From a virus, in the IMG/VR virus record IMGVR_UViG_3300042691_050360, positions 64,001 to 128,000 of that record: 64,000 nt of DNA, one strand, 5' to 3'. This document shows, piece by piece, positions 57,276 to 64,000 of the stretch. The notes beneath the pieces are model-generated. The model worked only from the letters and a program-made list of their open reading frames with translations. It was not told where the DNA came from and ran no database searches. Both the position numbers and the translations under genes were made by a program. Every line of letters begins with the position of its first letter. The stretch's first letter is position 1.

Positions 57276-57488
57276 ATGAGATTCACAAGTTTGTCAGAAG
57301 CTATTAGATTTTACTCAAGAGAGGAGAATATTATGAATAATTTACCGCCATATTCATCCCTCGCGGCGGAGTTAAAAATAATTCCTCAAAACACTCATTC
57401 CGTGCCCCCTCCCCCAAATGTGCTTACCTACGGTCAATCCATTTGGGGGATTGGAAAGATTATAGAAATTTCTGAGCCTCAAGTATGA
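57276..57488 (+). CDS. Small hypothetical protein
   Basis: 70 aa; ATGA overlap with the next gene. Confidence 0.5.
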   Translation: MRFTSLSEAIRFYSREENIMNNLPPYSSLAAELKIIPQNTHSVPPPPNVLTYGQSIWGIGKIIEISEPQV

Positions 57489-60400
57489 ACGAAACTCCAA
57501 TTTATCAATTAGGTTATTTTGTCCCCAATATGACAATGGGTAATAATCTCGATATGGACAAAAATCGCTTCACCACGATTGAAAATCAACTCTACAATGT
57601 TTATAATATTTTTGGAAACGGAATTCTGTCTGTTTACGATTCTTCCGGTCAGCAAGTTTCATCTTGGGTTTTGTCGTCCGTTCCAAATGAAAGAAGTGTT
57701 CAGATTTCTTCAGGCAAGGGACATATAGCCTACAAGTACACTGAAACTACATCTGCTGAGAATATTGACTTAATTCTCCCAGGTGGCACCACTTCGGGAA
57801 GTTTTTGGTATTATTTATACGCCACACCCAATCTGCTCACTCCCACGGAAAAATCTGTAACATTTCTAGCCTCTTTAACGCAGATATCAGATCCTGTGAA
57901 TTATATTGGCCTTGGAGCCGCGTTTTTATATATCAACCCATCCGATGGATCTTTCACAGTAACAGTTTACAATACATCAGATTACGGCCGACAGGAAATT
58001 TCATTATTTGCCTCCTTAACAAGTTTGGTTAAAAACCACGTTCATATAGGTGGGCCAAATAATCCATCCCCTATTGACCTTGGCAAACATGTCACTGGAT
58101 TTCTTTCTTCAGAAAATATAAGCAACATTGATTTAAATAAGGTTACATCTGGAACATTAGATCCTAACCGACTCCCCTTAATAAATCATAATTCTTTAAC
58201 GGACATTGGAACTCTTACGCACGATCAGATTGATTCGTTGCTCGCGGCTTTGCAATATCCAGGGGCTAATTACAATCTTTCTGATTATGGAATTGTTAAT
58301 CGCCTTCAAATAATCTTGGCATTAAAAAAGCAATCTGGTTTTTTCAACATTGACGGTGAGCAGCTGAATTCTATTTTTTACCTACCATACCCTCAGTTGG
58401 AAAATTTTGTAGATAGAGCTAATACCACTGCAGTTGTCAATAATGAAATTCACAGAGTTTACGGCGTTACGGGGCTTGCTAGACAATCAAACATTATTAA
58501 GATCAACACCACTCAGGATTTCAATACCGCATTATTTTACGCGGAAGACTCTGTTATAAATCCTCCTGTTTCTAACATCCAAGTTACAGGTGTTACTACC
58601 ACATCATTGGCGGGGACGATCAATATGCCTTACGGCTTAACTGGTTCAGCAAGCACAATTTATGTCTCAAGCTCTCAAGATTCCTATGTTTCCTCTTTCA
58701 GCACTTCTGGCACATTTATAAACAGGAGAATAGATTTTGATCCCAATTTGAATCTTAACTCACCGCTTGGACTTTGGTACGACAAAGTTTCTGGTTATCT
58801 TTATATTGCAGACACATTTAATCACCGAATTATCGTCACCGATTCAACCTTAACCAATCTGATAGCGAAGATAGGTGCCAATGACGCTTCTGGCATGCCA
58901 GGGCCTGGTTCAGGCAATGGCTTCAATTTTCCAAAGGGGGTTTATGGAATGGGAAATACTTTTTATGTTTCTGATTCCGGCAATAATCAAATTCAAAAAT
59001 ACATATGGCAATCTGGTAATGCAAATTGGCAACGAACATATCAATACTCTGATGGTACAATTTTCGGTCTTAACCAATCATTGAGTGATCCTCGTGGATT
59101 GTTTGCCACATCTGTGGGAACTCAGAATTTTCTTTTTGTTGCAGACTATAATAATCACAGAGTTTTATGCGGAATTGAGACTAACAATAGCTATAGCGTT
59201 TATCAGGTATTGGGGCAAAATTCAGCTGGCTTTGGGATCTTCAACACTAACCTCATCACATATGATGAGTCTCTTAATGTTGTTGGAACGGGCGTGGCGT
59301 TCACATTTAATAACACCATTGTTGGAACCATATCTACCATTGGGGTGGCAAATTCGGGCGTTAACTATTCAGATTTTGATACTTTTATTGTTTATTATAA
59401 CGGAAACAACAATGGACTAATTAATGTTCTTACTGACGGTGCTGGGCATATCACCACAGCTTTTGTTTCATATGGATTTTCAACAACAAACAATCTTGGC
59501 TTTGATCACCCACAGGGTATAGCTTTCACCCAAATGGGCACAAATCTTAATCTTCTAATCACAGACACTGACAACAATCGAGTGGTTAGCTATAATGCAT
59601 CTTCTGTGGGCGTAGGCACCACTAATAATCAATTTAATTTTGGCTATACGTTCGGCACCGCAGGAAGTTTAAACGACACACCATCTCTTATTTACTTTAA
59701 CAGACCAACTGGTATATATGCACAACAGGGCTTCGGCACGGTTTTTGTTGCTGATAGCTTGAACAACAGGGTTCATGGACTAACTACAACTTTTACTACA
59801 TTCTCAACATCGTCAATTTCTTCGCTATCTACATCTATTTTTGGAGTAGGAGATACTTCGCTCACTAGCGGAGGAATAACACTAACTCAACCTATTGGTT
59901 ATGTTGGCATAGCCACTCCATCTACTGGCTTTGTTACTCCTCCCAATTGGTTTGTCGGCGAGCAAATATCTCAGGGTACACAGGTTCAGGCTGATATAAT
60001 CGCCAGATATTCATATGTAACATTTAGCACGAAAACATTTGACATCCAAGACACAATCGCTGTGGCAATCGGCACAATAAATGAATCAGCTAACCAGAAC
60101 TTAGGTCAGATTGGGTGTTATTTAGTTTTTGATGACAATTTTAGCGATGGAACAAAAATAACATTTTCGCTAACTAATAATTCCGCAAAACCAAGCATCA
60201 GAATATCAAGCATATTTACTTTGCGACAGCAAGGCTTAACAAACAATCAGCTATTTAATTTCGTAGCTCTGTCTAATTTCACAACTCAGCCAAATCCATC
60301 CGTGATTGGATTCGGGTTTAAGTGGAGTACAGAAACTGGATGGGCAAATAGTGACATCCTTCAATTAGGTTGGTATCTGCCGGAATTTGATTCAAATCTT

Positions 60401-62524
60401 CTTAGGGTATCATATCCCAAAGTTCTGAACTACAGACAAAAATATGGATTTAAAAATAGCATCTTTGCATTCAATGCAAATCGTTACTCACCAACTGGAG
60501 TATTTGTTTTCAGGTTTGATTCCGGACTAAGCGGGGGAACTACATTTGATTATGGAAGTTTTATCTTTGCAAATCCTGTTTCCGCTGGTGGTGCATCTTC
60601 GATTCAATTTTATTACAGAACCGCTAATACACTCCAGGAGCTGAACACTTCTGGACAAAAAAATCAGATATTTCCAGTTTCGGGCGGAAGTGCTTCCATA
60701 AATGCCTCTGGTAGATTCATAGATTTACTCTTCTATTTTAACGCATCTAATATTGATTCATTAGCAGCACCTGTATTGAGTAGCATTTCGCTTTACTATA
60801 CGGTTTTTGGATCGGCAACAGGCATTATTTATGACACAAATGTTAACAATGCACCAGCTGGATCTTACCCTAGATTTAAATGGTCTCAGGGATCTCTTTC
60901 AAATATAGATATACTTCCCGTTCCAGGTGGCAATACACAATCTTATCAAATTGAGATATCTAATACTGAAAATCTCAATAAATACACATTCTTGTCTGCA
61001 AATAATTTGCAATTTGCTTCAGGTGATAATTCAAGTGGATTCGTTGATATCAATAATAATTTCTATCTTTCACCATACCAGGCTTTTGCCGGCCTTGAAA
61101 GTGGTCTTCTTAGCCCCCAGCATTACGTTGCAAACAGCTCCAACGGATATTTCATAGCAGACACGGGCAATGATCGAGTGATAGAGGTGGATTCTGATGG
61201 TTCTATAGCAAGGGCGATCCAAGGCAATATTACTCTTCCAAGATGTGATCGGGCTTTTGCGGTTCTGGGGGCTTTCTATAACCAGAACACCAAGCAGCTC
61301 TATGTTCCATTTAGCCAGTACCTCTTTTTGCCCAATAGCTATCTTCAACAGCTGGCTATTTATATAAACGGCGTATCATATAATCTTTCAAATTCCGCGT
61401 TCTTTGTGCAGACTGACACCGGGCTTTTTGCTATCAATTCGAATAATCAATCTTCTACTTTTTACGCCACAGCAACCACCGCTATGGATGCGATAATCGG
61501 TGAGTATCCTGATGATATTAAATTCCAGATACAAAATCCCCAACAAAACCCTCCATTCCAGGTTCCAACCACGGGCAGAAGTGATGGAAATGAGCCAGAA
61601 AATGAATCAATAATTTATGACAACATTACATTCTCTGAGTTTGTTTCAAATAGAAATCAGGGAATTGGAACTGTATTGAATTTTGAAAATAACATTACAG
61701 AGGTTGTAATTGATCCAACCACATTTGGCACGGCTGATGCAACAACAACCGTTCTGTGGAGCTACTGGCAGGGTAATAATCAATTCCCTAACTATTCCAC
61801 ATTCTACTCAATTCCTGTAAATGTATTCCCAATTTATTTTGACAATATTTTCAAGCCCTTACATCTGGATTACACAGAAAGCGAGACACTTGTCGTCTCA
61901 ACTGTTGGCAACACTGCAGTCAGGGCGTATAATAACTTGTTCGAACTTGATTATAAAATTAGCATTGGTAATTTCAATTTTAATGAGAAGCTTGGCGGAT
62001 CAACTGTTATTCTCGACAGGGGTGCTTTGGAGCCAGGTAATATTCTTCTAGTTGCAAATCCAGGAATAGGGACTACTACTATTATTGGAAATGTTTTTGT
62101 TTACAATAGAAACACCGCGTCTTTAATAAATAGATATCAGTATGAAAATCTTGATGCAGTTAAGGCCTATCCAAATAATGATAACTACCTTGTTCTATTA
62201 AATGACAGAATTGGTAGAATTAGATCTAAGCTTATAGAAATTAGCCAAGACGGAACAAATACATATTCTCTGTCTAACATTTTCACAAGACCTGTTTCTT
62301 TGGATATTCAAGAAAATGGCCTTTTTTATGTAACTGATATTACTGGGCAATATGGAAATATTTATTTCCGGACGTTTGTCGGTGATGGTTCAGGAAATTC
62401 AACAGGTCAATCAGGTGGCCCTTCTGGCGGTGGATCGGGCGGAAATACGGGTTCGCCTCCTGGAGGCAATGCAGGTGGATCTCTCATCGGTGGTGGTGGC
62501 GACGGAAGGGCATTATCGCCTTAA
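57485..62524 (+). CDS. Giant tail fibre/receptor-binding-like protein with NHL beta-propeller repeats
   Basis: Repeated P.G...(YI/FV)AD..N(H/N)R(I/V) blades; Gly-rich C-terminus. Confidence 0.7.
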   Translation: MNETPIYQLGYFVPNMTMGNNLDMDKNRFTTIENQLYNVYNIFGNGILSVYDSSGQQVSSWVLSSVPNERSVQISSGKGHIAYKYTETTSAENIDLILPGGTTSGSFWYYLYATPNLLTPTEKSVTFLASLTQISDPVNYIGLGAAFLYINPSDGSFTVTVYNTSDYGRQEISLFASLTSLVKNHVHIGGPNNPSPIDLGKHVTGFLSSENISNIDLNKVTSGTLDPNRLPLINHNSLTDIGTLTHDQIDSLLAALQYPGANYNLSDYGIVNRLQIILALKKQSGFFNIDGEQLNSIFYLPYPQLENFVDRANTTAVVNNEIHRVYGVTGLARQSNIIKINTTQDFNTALFYAEDSVINPPVSNIQVTGVTTTSLAGTINMPYGLTGSASTIYVSSSQDSYVSSFSTSGTFINRRIDFDPNLNLNSPLGLWYDKVSGYLYIADTFNHRIIVTDSTLTNLIAKIGANDASGMPGPGSGNGFNFPKGVYGMGNTFYVSDSGNNQIQKYIWQSGNANWQRTYQYSDGTIFGLNQSLSDPRGLFATSVGTQNFLFVADYNNHRVLCGIETNNSYSVYQVLGQNSAGFGIFNTNLITYDESLNVVGTGVAFTFNNTIVGTISTIGVANSGVNYSDFDTFIVYYNGNNNGLINVLTDGAGHITTAFVSYGFSTTNNLGFDHPQGIAFTQMGTNLNLLITDTDNNRVVSYNASSVGVGTTNNQFNFGYTFGTAGSLNDTPSLIYFNRPTGIYAQQGFGTVFVADSLNNRVHGLTTTFTTFSTSSISSLSTSIFGVGDTSLTSGGITLTQPIGYVGIATPSTGFVTPPNWFVGEQISQGTQVQADIIARYSYVTFSTKTFDIQDTIAVAIGTINESANQNLGQIGCYLVFDDNFSDGTKITFSLTNNSAKPSIRISSIFTLRQQGLTNNQLFNFVALSNFTTQPNPSVIGFGFKWSTETGWANSDILQLGWYLPEFDSNLLRVSYPKVLNYRQKYGFKNSIFAFNANRYSPTGVFVFRFDSGLSGGTTFDYGSFIFANPVSAGGASSIQFYYRTANTLQELNTSGQKNQIFPVSGGSASINASGRFIDLLFYFNASNIDSLAAPVLSSISLYYTVFGSATGIIYDTNVNNAPAGSYPRFKWSQGSLSNIDILPVPGGNTQSYQIEISNTENLNKYTFLSANNLQFASGDNSSGFVDINNNFYLSPYQAFAGLESGLLSPQHYVANSSNGYFIADTGNDRVIEVDSDGSIARAIQGNITLPRCDRAFAVLGAFYNQNTKQLYVPFSQYLFLPNSYLQQLAIYINGVSYNLSNSAFFVQTDTGLFAINSNNQSSTFYATATTAMDAIIGEYPDDIKFQIQNPQQNPPFQVPTTGRSDGNEPENESIIYDNITFSEFVSNRNQGIGTVLNFENNITEVVIDPTTFGTADATTTVLWSYWQGNNQFPNYSTFYSIPVNVFPIYFDNIFKPLHLDYTESETLVVSTVGNTAVRAYNNLFELDYKISIGNFNFNEKLGGSTVILDRGALEPGNILLVANPGIGTTTIIGNVFVYNRNTASLINRYQYENLDAVKAYPNNDNYLVLLNDRIGRIRSKLIEISQDGTNTYSLSNIFTRPVSLDIQENGLFYVTDITGQYGNIYFRTFVGDGSGNSTGQSGGPSGGGSGGNTGSPPGGNAGGSLIGGGGDGRALSP

Positions 62525-62534
62525 GGAGAGTAAA

Positions 62535-64000
62535 TTGGCAGTTAACTTCAAATATGCTAAAAACGCTTTTCAAGCTTACAGTTTTACACCCAGTGAACAA
62601 TCTGTTTTTAATGAATTCCCTCGTTATTCAATAACTTTCTACGACGATCAGGATTTTAAGTTTAAGAGACAATCTGTAAATGGTAAATCAGTTTTATCAA
62701 AAATCATCTCAGATGATTTTTATCCTTTCAATCTATCTTATGAAGATAGAACAAATTACATATCTGGAAAAAGTAATGTATTAAAAGTATTTTTTGCTAA
62801 GATACTTGTTTACAAAACAATTACACAAGATACTGTTGGCCAAACATCTAATGTTTTTTACCTGACTAGAACACAAACACTAGGCAACTCGACAACCCTG
62901 TATTATTCCGTGAGATGCATTGAGAAAAATTCTCAGTACACCGTGTATTCTTCTCGGATTTCTTTAAATAATTCAGATTTTGTGAATCAGTTTGACGGAG
63001 AAGCCTTTTTCACACTCGTTGGTGACTTTTCGGTAAACCTTGAGTATCCAATTAGTTTAACCTTACTGGACGCATCCACAACAAGCATTTTCATGACAAC
63101 TACAACGCCCATCCTTAACACAATAGATGCTAGTGTTAATAGTTTGAATTTTTACGAGAATGTCGTGGTGAATTTTGATTATTATCAATATTCAGATTCT
63201 TTTGATTATAATTTTGAGCCCCTTAACCTTACCCTAACTACTGAAGTTTTTTCGTCCAGCCCAAACTTGTACACCACTAACACAAGCGGAGGCACATCTA
63301 TTAGATTTAACTTCTTTGAAGGATATCCTGTATCTAACTTAACAAACTTTGCCCTTACCTTGACAAATGCTTCTGTGGGATATAATCCAAATACCGACAC
63401 ACTATTTACATTAACTTTTAAATTCAGCAATGGAGATTTTATTTCAGTAAACGCATGCGAAATATTTAATAACTTCCAGAATAATTATTACAATATAGTT
63501 TTTAACTTCAGTGATGTTATTTGGCCCGATAATTTTATAAATTACTTTATACTTGAGATTAAGACGCTCGCTATATCTGTAACCGAGCCATACACGATTA
63601 CTTATTTGAATTTTGTAAAAGAACAGAGCAGTGTTAGTAGCTTTTCTTTTAAAAGCTTCTCAACACAATCTGAAGCTTCAATATACACATACAGCCCTGT
63701 AAAAACAAAAATAGATATAGACAGCCTTGAGAATCAATCTTTAGTCCTTGGTAGTGATATTTTTTCTATAGTGGACACAGTATTTAAGATTAAAGATGAT
63801 TCGAATTTTCAAATAACCACCCAATCTGGATCTGTTATTCTTCCAGAGTCTGCGTTGCTGAAGTCAGAGAATATATATATTCCTGTATTCAATCTGCAAA
63901 AGGGCACTAAAATAAGAACATTAGATTCTTTTGAGAGCATTACATCCATTAAAGTTCTTTCACCAAGCTTCATTGAAATGATAGACACTTATGCAGAAGA
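62535..64000 (+). CDS. Structural-type protein, 3'-truncated at window edge
   Basis: SD AAGGAG then TTG GCA GTT AAC; frame is open at both ends checked and is absent from the track, consistent with no stop in the window. Confidence 0.65.
   Translation, partial: MAVNFKYAKNAFQAYSFTPSEQSVFNEFPRYSITFYDDQDFKFKRQSVNGKSVLSKIISDDFYPFNLSYEDRTNYISGKSNVLKVFFAKILVYKTITQDTVGQTSNVFYLTRTQTLGNSTTLYYSVRCIEKNSQYTVYSSRISLNNSDFVNQFDGEAFFTLVGDFSVNLEYPISLTLLDASTTSIFMTTTTPILNTIDASVNSLNFYENVVVNFDYYQYSDSFDYNFEPLNLTLTTEVFSSSPNLYTTNTSGGTSIRFNFFEGYPVSNLTNFALTLTNASVGYNPNTDTLFTLTFKFSNGDFISVNACEIFNNFQNNYYNIVFNFSDVIWPDNFINYFILEIKTLAISVTEPYTITYLNFVKEQSSVSSFSFKSFSTQSEASIYTYSPVKTKIDIDSLENQSLVLGSDIFSIVDTVFKIKDDSNFQITTQSGSVILPESALLKSENIYIPVFNLQKGTKIRTLDSFESITSIKVLSPSFIEMIDTYAE

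Noticed and set aside
1-64000. Alternative genetic code (stop-codon reassignment) as in some jumbo phages
   Set aside because: Long genes are intact under the standard code, TAA, TAG and TGA all end genes, and no suppressor anticodon was seen
1-64000. CRISPR array built from the recurring ACACAATCT motif
   Set aside because: Copies are short, dispersed, irregularly spaced and on both strands; no repeat-spacer periodicity and no cas gene
49370-64000. Diversity-generating retroelement or invertible tail-fibre cassette
   Set aside because: No reverse transcriptase, recombinase or template/variable repeat pair noticed in this window

Overview
A 64-kb, AT-rich, densely coding segment of a large tailed (jumbo-type) phage genome read with the standard genetic code. 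It holds a head module (scaffold-like proteins, a putative decoration protein and an HK97-type major capsid protein), tail, neck and baseplate-like structural genes, an amidase endolysin, free-standing endonucleases, host-like auxiliary genes (a type IV pilin-like H-X9-DG protein suggestive of an Armatimonadota host, FeoA, RmlA, dCMP deaminase, RusA, a J-domain protein) and two minus-strand tRNA arrays. The standout observation is that each tRNA array sits behind a leader-peptide attenuator (SD, short ORF, antiterminator, intrinsic terminator) whose codons match the anticodons of that array. Leader 2 contains CAT-CTA-TAT-CCA-GCA-CTC, one codon for each of the six downstream tRNAs. This suggests a sensor that switches on phage tRNAs when the matching host tRNAs become limiting (inference). 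Other signals: a 9-mer (ACACAATCT) found at least 31 times on both strands, two candidate promoter classes in front of apparently leaderless genes, tRNAs with hairpin insertions that sequester the anticodon, and a recurrent K/R-x-A/S motif in putative virion-packaged proteins. All counts and alignments were done by eye; no database searches were run.
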